Source: a virus
Lineage: Duplodnaviria; Caudoviricetes
Virus record (IMG/VR): IMGVR_UViG_3300012983_000001
Location: 1 to 64,000 of that record
Length of the DNA: 64,000 bases
Reading direction: 5' to 3' (one strand)
The position numbers were made by a program, and so were the translations under genes. Of this stretch, positions 46,689 through 57,239 are shown piece after piece; the stretch's first letter is position 1; each line of letters opens with the position of its first letter. The notes under the pieces are model-generated. The model had not been told where the DNA came from and did not search any database. It saw only the letters and a list, made by a program, of their open reading frames with translations.

Positions 46689-47254
46689 GCGATGAATTTA
46701 AACAGAAATTCAGCGTAAACATCAAGGGTAAGGATGCTATTAAGCTGGAGGGCTTGACTGCATTCGCACACGAAAAGGGAATGTGGAAGTTCGAAACGAT
46801 TATTATTCAGTTCCCAAGTGACCAGAATGGTTGGACTGCTATCTGCCAGACTACCATTGGTGGTTATGATTACGACCCTATCACAGAAAAGGTTCGTGAA
46901 GTTCTCTATTCCGACATTGGTGATGCAAATGTTAGTAACTGCGGTAAGATGGTGGCGGCATCTTATATCCGTATGGCTTCTACACGTTCCCAGGCAAGAG
47001 CGTTAAGAAAATATACCAACATTGATATGGTATGTTCTTCTGAACTTAGTGATGTTATGGATGAAGCTCCAGAACCACTTATCTCTGTTGAACAGTTAAC
47101 GGAAGTTAAACAGTTATTATCAGCAAAGGGTATTAATAAGGAAAAGTTTGGTGAAATCTTATTCCAGTTGTTCCAGCATACGAATTATCAGGGACTGACT
47201 GGCAATCAGGGTAACGTACTGCTCGAAACTCTGAAGAACTATGCGGTGAGCTAA
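46646..47254 (+). CDS. Rad52/Red-beta superfamily single-strand annealing protein
   Basis: GDAN..N...YIRMASTRSQARALR helix typical of phage annealases. Confidence 0.65.
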   Translation: MSDFNYKDKSAPKLSDEFKQKFSVNIKGKDAIKLEGLTAFAHEKGMWKFETIIIQFPSDQNGWTAICQTTIGGYDYDPITEKVREVLYSDIGDANVSNCGKMVAASYIRMASTRSQARALRKYTNIDMVCSSELSDVMDEAPEPLISVEQLTEVKQLLSAKGINKEKFGEILFQLFQHTNYQGLTGNQGNVLLETLKNYAVS

Positions 47255-47262
47255 GCATAGCC

Positions 47263-47976
47263 ATGCATATAGTAAATAAGCGATTTCATCGAAACGGATT
47301 ATTATTCGTTATAATTGCCATCACTGTGGCAGCCATTACAGGCGGCTGTAGTGATGGTGACGATGAAATTGTAATTCCAAGCATTACTGCTACTTCGACA
47401 CCTACTCCAACATTTTCACCAACACCAATTCCGACTAATACCCCTACTCCAAGTCCTACACCAACCAATACGCCAACGCCAACATTAAGTCCCACACCAA
47501 CACCAAGTCCTACGTCTATACCTACTCCTAGACCAAATAAGCTTTATCATATGTACTCTACTAAGGGTACGGAATATACTTTGGAAATAGAGTACCAAGA
47601 CTATTTATACGAAATGTGTGTTAAGTATGAGATTCCAGAGCACTATGAGTTACTTATGGCACAGATGTGGCATGAATCAAGGTTTAATCCAAATGCTTAC
47701 AGTGACACAAAGGATTATGGCTTAATGCAAATCAATGTATGTAATCATGCAAGCCTAAGCAAAAGGTTTGGTAAAGACAACTTTTTTGACCCTTATTTTA
47801 GCATGGAATGCGGAACGTACATGATGAGTAAATATTTAAAAAAATATAATGATGTACAAAAAGCATTAGTATGTTATAATAGTGGTGAAAGCAAAGTAAA
47901 AAAAGGTACATATTCAACAAAATACAGTCGTTGTGTGCTTGAAGACATGGAACGACTTGTTGAAATGGAACAATAG
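47263..47976 (+). CDS. Membrane-anchored lytic transglycosylase (SLT) with Pro/Thr linker
   Basis: Signal/lipobox-like N-terminus, (TP)n linker, HESRF, GLMQIN, YNSG. Confidence 0.9.
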   Translation: MHIVNKRFHRNGLLFVIIAITVAAITGGCSDGDDEIVIPSITATSTPTPTFSPTPIPTNTPTPSPTPTNTPTPTLSPTPTPSPTSIPTPRPNKLYHMYSTKGTEYTLEIEYQDYLYEMCVKYEIPEHYELLMAQMWHESRFNPNAYSDTKDYGLMQINVCNHASLSKRFGKDNFFDPYFSMECGTYMMSKYLKKYNDVQKALVCYNSGESKVKKGTYSTKYSRCVLEDMERLVEMEQ

Positions 47977-47991
47977 AAAGGAGTAAAGATT

Positions 47992-48540
47992 ATGATACTT
48001 GAGTACAATTACGACAACGGCAACCTTGTGCTTGACTTATTCAAGAAATCAGCATTAGCAACCCTGGAAATCAAAACAGTACAGGAGAAACGAATTGACG
48101 CACCGCTGAGATTTGTAATGGAGTACACTCTTGTAGAAGACTACCCAGAAGATAAGCAGGTAGCTATTCGTAAAATCTTGTCAGAGTCTCTTAATGAGAG
48201 ATTGCAGACAGTGAACGTTATCAACAAGTTCATCGAGAACGCTATCTTGAATAACGTCAAGGCTTTCAATTTAAGCTTTAACACTGTCATGGTACGCAAA
48301 TGTGAGATTTTCTATTCTTCTTCTTACGGCGCAAACAGCGTAGCGACACCACAAAGCGATATTGCAAAGTTAACTCAGTGCCTTGAACAGTTCGATAGCA
48401 TTATCACGTCTATGGGTGTGGCACAGGAAACTGTTCCAGGTGTGTTTAAACGCGAAGGAACAGGTAAGAACAAGAAGAACGTACCGTTAAACATTGCAGA
48501 CTTGGCAGCAGCTTTACGACATGCATTAGTGGAGGAATAG
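47992..48540 (+). CDS. Hypothetical protein
   Basis: AAAGGAG RBS. Confidence 0.75.
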   Translation: MILEYNYDNGNLVLDLFKKSALATLEIKTVQEKRIDAPLRFVMEYTLVEDYPEDKQVAIRKILSESLNERLQTVNVINKFIENAILNNVKAFNLSFNTVMVRKCEIFYSSSYGANSVATPQSDIAKLTQCLEQFDSIITSMGVAQETVPGVFKREGTGKNKKNVPLNIADLAAALRHALVEE

Positions 48541-48546
48541 CATAAT

Positions 48547-48945
48547 ATGGCATTTGTTACTTATAAAGAAGACCCAATACTTGAAGTAACGCCAGTCGAT
48601 AGTGATATCCCATCTCTCTCTAGTTTTATCGGAGTAGAGATGGGATATTATTTATGTGCGTTAAAAGATAAGTGGGTATTACCATTTAAACGTACCAAGG
48701 TAAGATTGAATATCGCATCTATTACGCTACCAAACAATACGTTTGGAATTCTTAGTGCAAACTGTACGGATTACCGTTCAGAAACTACGAAAGTTATTGG
48801 TAGTTACGAATTGTACGAAATCGCAATTACCTCTAAAAGATTATTGCCTTTCAAGATTTGCCAGGGTGACGCAGTTGCAGTACTATCTGTTATACCTTTT
48901 GTTGAATGTCATACACTGATTCACAACAAAGCAGTTGAAAGGTAA
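48547..48945 (+). CDS. Degenerate trimeric dUTPase-like protein
   Basis: Size and strand pattern (ITLPNNTFGIL; FKICQGDAVAVL.VIP) resemble dUTPase but catalytic motifs are absent. Confidence 0.4.
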   Translation: MAFVTYKEDPILEVTPVDSDIPSLSSFIGVEMGYYLCALKDKWVLPFKRTKVRLNIASITLPNNTFGILSANCTDYRSETTKVIGSYELYEIAITSKRLLPFKICQGDAVAVLSVIPFVECHTLIHNKAVER

Positions 48946-48977
48946 AGTATTTTATTATATAATGGAGGTGTAATATA

Positions 48978-49241
48978 ATGTTACAGATTAAGATTATACA
49001 CGATGGTCATTACATGTATATTCAGGAAATCAAAGACGACGACCAGGTGCTCAGCACATTTGATGAATCTGCTAACAAGATTGAGTTAGCACTTATGGTT
49101 CCATTCATTGGACGTAAGGTAATGATTTCTCATTATGTAAAAGAAGGCGAAGACTTGTACTTTGACTACGAACATGAACAGACTATCGTTGCTGTAGCTC
49201 AAGAAGAAGATGGCAACTGGTTTATTGAATGGAGTGAATAG
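48978..49241 (+). CDS. Hypothetical protein
   Basis: GGAGG RBS. Confidence 0.7.
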   Translation: MLQIKIIHDGHYMYIQEIKDDDQVLSTFDESANKIELALMVPFIGRKVMISHYVKEGEDLYFDYEHEQTIVAVAQEEDGNWFIEWSE

Positions 49242-49243
49242 GC

Positions 49244-49678
49244 ATGGCAATTTTAAATTACACTACAACAATAGACGCTTACAAAACAGTCAGCGAGATT
49301 GAACACATTCTTGTTAAGCACAAGGCAAAATCTATTATGAAAGATTATGATGGCGAATCCATTATCGCTTTGAGCTTTTTGATTGATGTTGGATATAATC
49401 AGCTACCAATTAAATTGCCAGCAAAGATTGATGAGTGCTATAAAGTTTTATGTACGGAGAAAGCCAATGGCACTAAGAATATCAAAGCAACACATGAGCA
49501 GGCAGAAAAGGTGGCATGGAGAATCCTCAAAGACTGGGTTGAAGCTCAAATGGCATTGCTAGATATCCACATGGTTAAGTTCGAGGAAATCTTTATGCCG
49601 TACATTGTTGATACTCAAGGTAAGACATTATTCGAGAAACTTGAGGAAAGACAGTTTTTACTAACACAAACTGACTAG
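49244..49678 (+). CDS. Conserved phage protein
   Basis: NYTT.I...KT..EI...QAEKVAWRILKDWVEAQMA...FMPY motif. Confidence 0.8.
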   Translation: MAILNYTTTIDAYKTVSEIEHILVKHKAKSIMKDYDGESIIALSFLIDVGYNQLPIKLPAKIDECYKVLCTEKANGTKNIKATHEQAEKVAWRILKDWVEAQMALLDIHMVKFEEIFMPYIVDTQGKTLFEKLEERQFLLTQTD

Positions 49679-49687
49679 GAGGACCAT

Positions 49688-52072
49688 ATGAGAATTTTAC
49701 ACATTACAGACTCACATGGTACCGCTAAGGGTCCTGAAAGCAGAAAGGACGTTTACTATATCACATTCTTGAAGAAACTGTATGAGTTAGGTTTTGTTAT
49801 CAAAAAACTTAATGTTGATATGGTTATCCATACTGGTGACTTGTTTCATACAGCAAGAGTGTCTGATAAGTTTGCTGGCCAGGTATCTGCAATGATTAAG
49901 TCTATGGGAGTACCATTTTATGTAGTTCCAGGTAATCATGACATTGAAGGCTATACTACAGATACTATTGACCAGACAAAACTTGGGTTGCTCGCTAAAG
50001 CAGGTGTCGTTACGATACTTGATAGAGATAATCCTATTCGTATTACTGCAACTCAGAACGGTGAGGAATTTACAGTAGCCATTAGCGGTCAAGAGTATTA
50101 CGCTCATATTGATGAAGGCAACATGCGTGATTTCGAAATGCAACAGGATGAGGCAGATTTAAACATTCTTGCTATCCATGGTTACATTGCCGACACTCCG
50201 CAACATCCCGACATTAAATGTACAATGGCCAATGACATTGTTACAGATGCTGACCTTATTTTGACAGGTCATTACCATCGGTCCTTTGAGTGGAGCGATG
50301 GACAGAATCTTGATATTTTTAATCCAGGTTCAATGATGAGAGTTGAACAAACGGATTATAACAAGACGCATACACCACAGTATGGTATATTAGATATCAA
50401 TCTGGATGAGAATGGTAGCATTGAATGGGACTATAAGTTCCATCAGTTCCGCATAGCGCAGCCATCTACAGTAATATTTGATTATGCGTCAAAATATAAA
50501 GCTAAAGCGGCTTCGATTACACTGGATGGATTTAAGACAAGCATTGCCAATACCATGACAGCGGTACAGCCGTCTATGACAATCGACAAAATTATTGGTG
50601 ATATTTGTACTACAGGCAAGGTAGATGCCAAGGTAGAACAGCTTGCCTTTAAGATGTATCATGATACATTGCAAGCAATTCCAGATGAATTTGAAGCTCA
50701 GCAAGGCTATATTGAAGCTCAAAAGACAAAGAAAATTTCCAAAGTTATTCTGGAGAATTTTCAGTCTCATGCACATACCGAAGTAGAATTTGATGATGGA
50801 TTAAATATCATTGTAGGTGAATCCAACAATGGTAAGACATCTATTCTTCGAGGTATCATGTGGGTTATTGATAATCAGCCGTTAGGTACTGATTTCATTA
50901 TGGCAGGTCAGGATAATTGTTATGTTCGCATTGAATATAATGATGGTACATTTATTGAGAGGGGACGAACCCTCAAAGATACTGGCTATTACAAAGTAGG
51001 TTTCATTGACGAGAATGGTAACTTAACTCATCAAATGTATCGTGGCTTTACCAATGCAGTTCCTGTTGAGGTTGCTAATGTACACCAGATGCCTAAAGTT
51101 AATATCACTAAAGATATTGAGACTCATCTTAATGTATTGTCTCAGTTAGATGCTCCATTCTTGCTCACAGAAAGCCCGCTGGTGAAAGCTTCTGCTATTG
51201 GTAGAATAACAGGTACCCATGTGGTAGATGCGGCCATTAAAGAGGCAAATAAGACGATTCAAGGTGGACGCAAATCCATTAAGCATTATGAACAAGAACT
51301 TACAGAGAAAGAAAATGAGTTAAAGGCGTTGCCAGACATTGCGTTGATGACTCAGTTTACCGCGGCATATGCTGCACTTGTGGCAAGAATGAAGTCTTTG
51401 AACGAAGGTATTGAGAAAATTGAAAACTTCATAGTGTGCAATGACCAATATGAACGACTTATTGCACAGGACGAAGTGCGTTATGCCCAGTACCGTGTAT
51501 TAAGCAATCTTCAGAATGTAGTAAGCTTAGCAGAAACTAAGCTGACTCAAACAAAGCCTTTGCATCTTGCTTATGAAGAGTTACAGATTACTCAAATGTC
51601 TATTGGTCATCATCAGAATACATTGAATAGAACACAGAGCTTGCTTCATTTCAAACCGATTGTAGAGCAGGCATGTGATTTAAAACAATCTATTGACCAG
51701 TTACAAAGCAAATATGATTTGTGCGTAAACATTGAGCAAAACTTATCTTCATTTGAATCTAATGCCAATGCTCTTATAGAGTACAATCGGCATTTGAATG
51801 CAATCCATATTTACTGTGGATTACTCAATGATTATATCCAGCGAATGGCACCAAAGATTATACAAATTGCAGATATCGCAACGAAGCAAAGTGCTGTTGT
51901 TGATAACATTGCAATTCTTAAGCGTACCACAAAGAAGCTGGATAGCCAGGTCAAGGAAGCACAGCAACAAAAGAATGCCTTTATTTTAGATAATGGTATT
52001 TGCCCATGCTGCGGACAGAAAGTTGAAGAATCTCATATACCAGCAATTACATCATTTATGGAGGGACAATAA
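49688..52072 (+). CDS. Fusion of SbcD/Mre11 nuclease and N-terminal half of SbcC/Rad50
   Basis: DSH, GDLF, GNHD, GHYH, NPGS; then LENFQSH, Walker A GESNNGKTS, Q-loop SQ, coiled coil, Zn hook CPCCG. Confidence 0.92.
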   Translation: MRILHITDSHGTAKGPESRKDVYYITFLKKLYELGFVIKKLNVDMVIHTGDLFHTARVSDKFAGQVSAMIKSMGVPFYVVPGNHDIEGYTTDTIDQTKLGLLAKAGVVTILDRDNPIRITATQNGEEFTVAISGQEYYAHIDEGNMRDFEMQQDEADLNILAIHGYIADTPQHPDIKCTMANDIVTDADLILTGHYHRSFEWSDGQNLDIFNPGSMMRVEQTDYNKTHTPQYGILDINLDENGSIEWDYKFHQFRIAQPSTVIFDYASKYKAKAASITLDGFKTSIANTMTAVQPSMTIDKIIGDICTTGKVDAKVEQLAFKMYHDTLQAIPDEFEAQQGYIEAQKTKKISKVILENFQSHAHTEVEFDDGLNIIVGESNNGKTSILRGIMWVIDNQPLGTDFIMAGQDNCYVRIEYNDGTFIERGRTLKDTGYYKVGFIDENGNLTHQMYRGFTNAVPVEVANVHQMPKVNITKDIETHLNVLSQLDAPFLLTESPLVKASAIGRITGTHVVDAAIKEANKTIQGGRKSIKHYEQELTEKENELKALPDIALMTQFTAAYAALVARMKSLNEGIEKIENFIVCNDQYERLIAQDEVRYAQYRVLSNLQNVVSLAETKLTQTKPLHLAYEELQITQMSIGHHQNTLNRTQSLLHFKPIVEQACDLKQSIDQLQSKYDLCVNIEQNLSSFESNANALIEYNRHLNAIHIYCGLLNDYIQRMAPKIIQIADIATKQSAVVDNIAILKRTTKKLDSQVKEAQQQKNAFILDNGICPCCGQKVEESHIPAITSFMEGQ

Positions 52073-52395
52073 TGGATTTTAAAGAACAGTATCAGAGTTA
52101 TGATAAGACTCTTAACGATTTGAAGAATCAATGTGCAGAAGCCGAGAAGCAGGCAATTATTGCAGAAACAAATCTGAATAACTTGCGCAAGCAAAGAGAA
52201 CAGCTTATCGAAGAATGCGAAGCATTCGCTGGTGTATCAATGGGACAGGTCCCTGAGATACTTGCACAGAAAAAGGAAGAACTGGATGCTATCATGGCAA
52301 AATTATCTGCCATTGATGTTACTGGTCCAATTACACAGGATAAGCTCGATGCAATCAAGGCAATTACCGATGAATTCGCAGTACCTGTAGCGTAG
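52072..52395 (+). CDS. Coiled-coil protein (possible middle segment of split SbcC)
   Basis: TAATG coupling; heptads. Confidence 0.75.
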   Translation: MDFKEQYQSYDKTLNDLKNQCAEAEKQAIIAETNLNNLRKQREQLIEECEAFAGVSMGQVPEILAQKKEELDAIMAKLSAIDVTGPITQDKLDAIKAITDEFAVPVA

Positions 52396-52404
52396 GAGGC
52401 TTGT

Positions 52405-53115
52405 ATGAGTATAGAGACATTTGAACAAACCTTGAAACAGTTAGAAACAAATGTCATCATTGCTAAGCAAAACGAGGCTAATTTGCAGAAAGATATTGCA
52501 AATATTAAGCTACATGCGGCTAATTACGAAGAAATGTGCCAGAACTTAGAAAAGGTTATTGTTATATTAACTCAGGCTGCTACAGCTTCCAGAGATAATG
52601 CCAGAGCCCACTTTGAGAAGATAGTTACAGATGCATTGCAATTTGTAACTCAAAGTAAGGATTACGAATTCATTGTCAAAGAGCTACCAAATCGCGCTAA
52701 AGCTTCATATGAATTCTATATCAAGAGTACAGTTAATGGTGTAGAATGCATTCAGAAACCAGAAGACGCTAATGGCGGTGGCTTCGTAGACATTATCTCT
52801 GTAGCTTCTAAGTATGCATATAGAGAAATATTTAATGACCCTAAGATTATGAGTGACACATTGCTGTATGATGAACCTGGTAAAATGGTATCTGAGCAAA
52901 TGTCTATTAAGTTTGCTGAGTATATCAAGTTCCTTGGGAATCATTATGGAAGACAGACAATCATGATTACTCATAATGAGCACCTTTCTAATGTTGCAGA
53001 CAAGACATTTGTGGTACGCAAGGGTAATGATGGTATAAGTACCGCAACGGAATTAACTTCTGCAAGTGTAAGCTTTGATGATGTGGAGGGATTATTTGAT
53101 GAAAATCTCAATTAA
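52405..53115 (+). CDS. C-terminal half of SbcC/Rad50 ABC ATPase
   Basis: Coiled coil, signature ANGGG, Walker B LLYDEP, H-loop IMITH. Confidence 0.88.
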   Translation: MSIETFEQTLKQLETNVIIAKQNEANLQKDIANIKLHAANYEEMCQNLEKVIVILTQAATASRDNARAHFEKIVTDALQFVTQSKDYEFIVKELPNRAKASYEFYIKSTVNGVECIQKPEDANGGGFVDIISVASKYAYREIFNDPKIMSDTLLYDEPGKMVSEQMSIKFAEYIKFLGNHYGRQTIMITHNEHLSNVADKTFVVRKGNDGISTATELTSASVSFDDVEGLFDENLN

Positions 53116-53833
53116 AGACAGAGGGATGCTTGTAGCTATTGAAGTAGATAGTCATCCCACTAAAAAGCAGGCTTTAAAGCTATTTGAGTCTATGTATGAC
53201 ATGTACAAAGATTTTGTTGGCGATGAAGATAAAGTTGTTGCTTGTGATGATGAATGCAAGGCAGCATCAGAACCTGCTGTAAAACCTGTACAAGTTGCTA
53301 GAGATGATTTTAATATTAGACAGCGTTTGCCAAATAACGTTGTCGACATTAAAGAGCTCGATATTAAGCAGGCAGTAACCCAAAAGGCATTGGTGCGTTG
53401 TCCAAAATGTGGACAGGCGCATTGTCTAGCTGTAAATTCTGGACAAAAAGTTTATCTTATGGAGCGTAATTTCAGCACTGACGACTTTAATGTTATTGCA
53501 GAGTTTGACTCCTTAAATAGTCAGGATTTTGCTGATGTATGCTGTACAGAGAATACAGATAGACTTGCATATTTCAATGATTTGCAGAGTGCAGAAGTTA
53601 TTAGTCGCGATGATTTTGCTGCTGATAACGATACAGAATTATTCTGTCCTGTGTGTTGTTCGTCGAATGCATTCTTCTATTGGAAAGATGCATTTGAAAC
53701 GCCATTAAAGTATTTTGAAACAGAGCACCTTTGTGATGTATGTGGCGGTGAGAAAATCGAAAGATTTATCAAGAAAAAACATGTACATCAGTGCGATAAA
53801 TGTGGTCATCAGACCGATTATAAGGAGGAATAG
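53099..53833 (+). CDS. Multi zinc-ribbon protein
   Basis: CPKC, CPVC, CDVC, CDKC. Confidence 0.8.
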   Translation: MKISIKDRGMLVAIEVDSHPTKKQALKLFESMYDMYKDFVGDEDKVVACDDECKAASEPAVKPVQVARDDFNIRQRLPNNVVDIKELDIKQAVTQKALVRCPKCGQAHCLAVNSGQKVYLMERNFSTDDFNVIAEFDSLNSQDFADVCCTENTDRLAYFNDLQSAEVISRDDFAADNDTELFCPVCCSSNAFFYWKDAFETPLKYFETEHLCDVCGGEKIERFIKKKHVHQCDKCGHQTDYKEE

Positions 53834-53836
53834 ACA

Positions 53837-54124
53837 ATGGCTAAAACGTTGCAAGAAGTGTTGAACACTGACCTGTCACCAGACAAGATGGGAGATTTTA
53901 CCCCAAATGAGCTTGCAGACTTTCTTGTTAAGAATGGTATTGTAAGCAATGCTGCGGATGTTAATCGTCTTGTTATTGAAGGAATTCAGAGAGCATTACG
54001 CGATGATGATGAATTCCCTATTCGTTATTACGGTAAAGACGAAGAGATGTCTGAAGAAGGCAGAGCTGCTGACCCAGGCCCATGTTTAACCGATGAGTAC
54101 ATTGAAAACGAAATGAACTCCTAA
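53837..54124 (+). CDS. Hypothetical protein
   Basis: AAGGAGG RBS. Confidence 0.7.
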   Translation: MAKTLQEVLNTDLSPDKMGDFTPNELADFLVKNGIVSNAADVNRLVIEGIQRALRDDDEFPIRYYGKDEEMSEEGRAADPGPCLTDEYIENEMNS

Positions 54125-54132
54125 AGCAAGGA

Positions 54133-54156
54133 TAAAGCCCCCTGACGGGGGCTTTA
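54133..54156 (+). terminator. Hairpin / terminator
   Basis: TAAAGCCCC...GGGGCTTTA. Confidence 0.65.
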
Positions 54157-54179
54157 AACTATTTAATCGGAGGTAGCAT

Positions 54180-55388
54180 ATGGATATAGATACAGATGAA
54201 CTTAAAGCGTATGCCCCACTAATTCCATATGTCAAGCAATTCTACAAAGACAAAATTCAGATTGTTAGAGAGACTCAAAATGTAGCGTTTGCTCCTTGTA
54301 TATGGCATTCTGAAAAGACGGCTTCTTTGGCATTATTTGCTAACGGTAGTTATAAATGTTTTGGATGCGGGGAACATGGCGATGTGATTACATTAGTCCA
54401 AGACATTGAGAATTTACCATTTCAGGAGGCGTGTAAAGTGATAGGAGATAATGTTGGTTATGAAGTTATTCTTGAAGAACCTAATCCAGTACATGAAGCG
54501 TATAAAGATACTCTTGATAATCATACGAGAAGGTACTGGAGTAACTTACAGAATCATGGTGAGGCATTGCGATACTTGCTATGTGAACGTGGTATCTCAA
54601 AAGAAATGATTGATTTATTTCGTTTGGGATATACAGATGCAGAAGAATATAAGTATCGTACAGACATGGGGAGCATATCAAACAAGATTGTGTTTCCAAT
54701 TTTGGAACACAAGAGACGTAACGCAAAATGCGTTGGTATGGCGTATCGTGGACTAACAAACGATAAGCCGAAGTACATTAATGATGTTAACCAGGATGGA
54801 AGAGAAGGACAAGACCCACAACTTGCAGGCTTGTTCATCAAAGGTGATTTATTATATGGCTTACCTTTGGCGTATGAAAGTATTGCAAAGCAAGGTCATG
54901 TTATTTTGGTGGAAGGATATTTTGACGTAATTGCTATGCATCAAGCAGGCATTACAAATGTTGTTGGCTCTATGGGAACAGCAATTACTGAAAATCAAAT
55001 CAATGCTATAGCTAGGATTACAAAGAATGTAATTCTGTTTTTGGACAGTGATAAAGCTGGAACCAATGCTATGGTAAGATGTATTAAGGATTTATATACT
55101 GCTGGTATTAATGTTGCTGTTTGTATTATTGAAAACAATATGGACCCAGCAGATTTATGCAAAGCAATGAACTTTGACAGCACGGCGATTGGTATGGAGA
55201 TTAAATCTCATACAAAGCAAGGCATAGAGCTGGTTATCAATAGTTCAGTAGAGCGTTATGAAAATATCGCTACGATTGAAAGGACAAGAGCACTACGCAC
55301 TGCCATGCCAATTATTGACGCAGTTCAGGACAGTGCGATTAGAGAGCTATATAAATCCAAGTTGTTTAAGCGACTGGATATCATTTAA
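54180..55388 (+). CDS. dnaG: DNA primase
   Basis: CHC2 finger CIWHSEKT..CFGC, PKYIN, TOPRIM VEGYFDV, DSDKAG, DPAD. Confidence 0.97.
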   Translation: MDIDTDELKAYAPLIPYVKQFYKDKIQIVRETQNVAFAPCIWHSEKTASLALFANGSYKCFGCGEHGDVITLVQDIENLPFQEACKVIGDNVGYEVILEEPNPVHEAYKDTLDNHTRRYWSNLQNHGEALRYLLCERGISKEMIDLFRLGYTDAEEYKYRTDMGSISNKIVFPILEHKRRNAKCVGMAYRGLTNDKPKYINDVNQDGREGQDPQLAGLFIKGDLLYGLPLAYESIAKQGHVILVEGYFDVIAMHQAGITNVVGSMGTAITENQINAIARITKNVILFLDSDKAGTNAMVRCIKDLYTAGINVAVCIIENNMDPADLCKAMNFDSTAIGMEIKSHTKQGIELVINSSVERYENIATIERTRALRTAMPIIDAVQDSAIRELYKSKLFKRLDII

Positions 55389-55398
55389 GGAGGTTTAT

Positions 55399-56280
55399 AT
55401 GGAAACACACGACAACGAAATGCAGGATATGTTAGAACACGTAAAGGAATTTGTTGGTGCAGGTGATGTTCAGGTTATCGGATTAGACGATACCTTTGGA
55501 TTCAAATGTCAACAATGTGGTCAGTGTTGTATGTACAGAGAAGACATTGTACTGAATCCTTTTGATGTTTACAATGGAGCTCAGTATTTGGGCATTACGC
55601 CATCAGAGTTTATTCAGCAGTACGCCCATGTTGAATTGGGAGCGGAATCTAAGATTCCAATGGTTCTGTTAAAAAGCACAGATAATGGCTTTTGTCCGTT
55701 GCTGAAATTCGATATTAAGGACGGCTGTAAGTTCAAGTGTATGATTCACGAAGCTAAGCCTGGTGCATGTGCTAATCATCCTATTGGCGTAATGCGTTCC
55801 CGTAAAAAGGACGAAGGTATGGACAAAGAAGTTATGACCTTTATTAAGGTTGACCAGTGTCCGAACAGTGTATCTGATGAGCAACAGGTTGTAAGAGAAT
55901 GGGTAAAGTCTTATCTTGACCATGAAGAAGAGATTGCATATGCACATCAGATGCAAACCATGGTTACAAATTATTTTGATACCAAAGAATTTTGGGCAAT
56001 GATTCAGAAACTGTTAGTATTTGCTCGTGGTGCAGAATCTGAAGAAATCATGGAAAAGTTCTTATCATTACCAAAGTCTTATATCGGTACTGTTATTGCA
56101 TTAGGTTATGCAGATTTTGATATCAACCAGCCATTCATTGAACAGGCTAAGGTAAATATCGAAAAGCTTGATGAGTTCTTTACGAAGACCAAAGAACTTT
56201 ATGACCATCTGAAGCTAGTTGCCGACCTTGCAGACGAACATGCATCAGAAGCTTTCAAACGAATTTTCAAGGAGGATTAA
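55399..56280 (+). CDS. YkgJ family cysteine-cluster protein
   Basis: FKCQQCGQCC, CPLL, CMIHEAKPGACANHP. Confidence 0.88.
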   Translation: METHDNEMQDMLEHVKEFVGAGDVQVIGLDDTFGFKCQQCGQCCMYREDIVLNPFDVYNGAQYLGITPSEFIQQYAHVELGAESKIPMVLLKSTDNGFCPLLKFDIKDGCKFKCMIHEAKPGACANHPIGVMRSRKKDEGMDKEVMTFIKVDQCPNSVSDEQQVVREWVKSYLDHEEEIAYAHQMQTMVTNYFDTKEFWAMIQKLLVFARGAESEEIMEKFLSLPKSYIGTVIALGYADFDINQPFIEQAKVNIEKLDEFFTKTKELYDHLKLVADLADEHASEAFKRIFKED

Positions 56281-56281
56281 C

Positions 56282-56683
56282 ATGGGAACATCAGTTGATG
56301 CAACATTGCATTTTGACCAACAGAAAATCAAGGATATGGAATCTTTGGTGGCTATCAATGAAGAGCTTAAGAAGCTTGAGGCCAAGAAGAAAGACCTGGT
56401 AGAGCTTGTTAAGCAACATATGTTAACTGCTAATATTGACAAAGTTGATGTAAACGGTAGCACAATCATGGTTACGGAATCTGAACGTAGAACCGTAACA
56501 AAGGCTACCAAGGACCAGTTTATTGCGGAGTTAGTAAGTATGAACAAGAAACATCTTGTTATTCATACGCTTGACCCAGATGTAGACAGCATCTTCGCAG
56601 AAGTAGATGCAGGTACATTGCCTAAAGACTTTGTTGATAAATATGTAAAAGTCTCTTCAGTAAAGACATTGCGGTGCAACTAA
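56282..56683 (+). CDS. Hypothetical phage protein with coiled coil
   Basis: AAGGAGG RBS. Confidence 0.75.
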   Translation: MGTSVDATLHFDQQKIKDMESLVAINEELKKLEAKKKDLVELVKQHMLTANIDKVDVNGSTIMVTESERRTVTKATKDQFIAELVSMNKKHLVIHTLDPDVDSIFAEVDAGTLPKDFVDKYVKVSSVKTLRCN

Positions 56684-57237
56684 TGCTTGATGAGATGAAA
56701 CAGCATCTTTCTGCTCTGTCAATTCCAACAGAGCAGAAACAGTATGCCATGAACTTCTGCAAAAAGATGGAATATCTTGATTCGCTTCATAAGATTACAG
56801 CCCAAGAAGTAAATGAATACGTAGCTACTGGTTTTGGTAATTTCAATTCAAAGATATGTTTTGTATTTAAAGACAAGATTACGTATGAAATAGTACGGCC
56901 ATTGCTTCAAGAAACATTAGAAAAGTTTCATATCAACGCATGGGATATTTATGTAACGTTTGTCAATAAAACAAAAACTGAGTATAATAAAAAATACATG
57001 TTCCTAGTGAATGAGCTTCATGCTATTAATCCAGGAATTATGTATGTCTTTGATAATGATACAGTATTGTATGATACTATCTTGAAAGAATTCCAAACCA
57101 ATAATGTTACTGCGCCAGGAAAGCATTTCCTGGTTGATATTCAAAAGCTGGGCTCTTTAGAAGTTGAAGTACGCAAAGACTTATGGAATATATTCAAGTA
57201 TCTCATTAATTTTAAAGAAATCACACAGGAGGATTAG
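56683..57237 (+). CDS. Second degenerate UDG-fold-like protein
   Basis: GFGNFNSKICFV, LL...L, DIYVTFVNK, FL.NEL..INP..MYVF echo family-4 UDG topology without catalytic residues. Confidence 0.5.
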   Translation: MLDEMKQHLSALSIPTEQKQYAMNFCKKMEYLDSLHKITAQEVNEYVATGFGNFNSKICFVFKDKITYEIVRPLLQETLEKFHINAWDIYVTFVNKTKTEYNKKYMFLVNELHAINPGIMYVFDNDTVLYDTILKEFQTNNVTAPGKHFLVDIQKLGSLEVEVRKDLWNIFKYLINFKEITQED

Positions 57238-57239
57238 TC

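Noticed and set aside
47385-47530. CCAACA/CCTACT repeats
   Set aside because: They encode the Pro/Thr linker of the lytic transglycosylase (period 6, coding) and are unrelated to the period-5 array.
52690-52710. Self-target: cassette 3 decodes to R-A-K-A-S, also present in the SbcC C-terminal ORF
   Set aside because: Only five dinucleotides (10 nt) match and the flanks do not; expected by chance.
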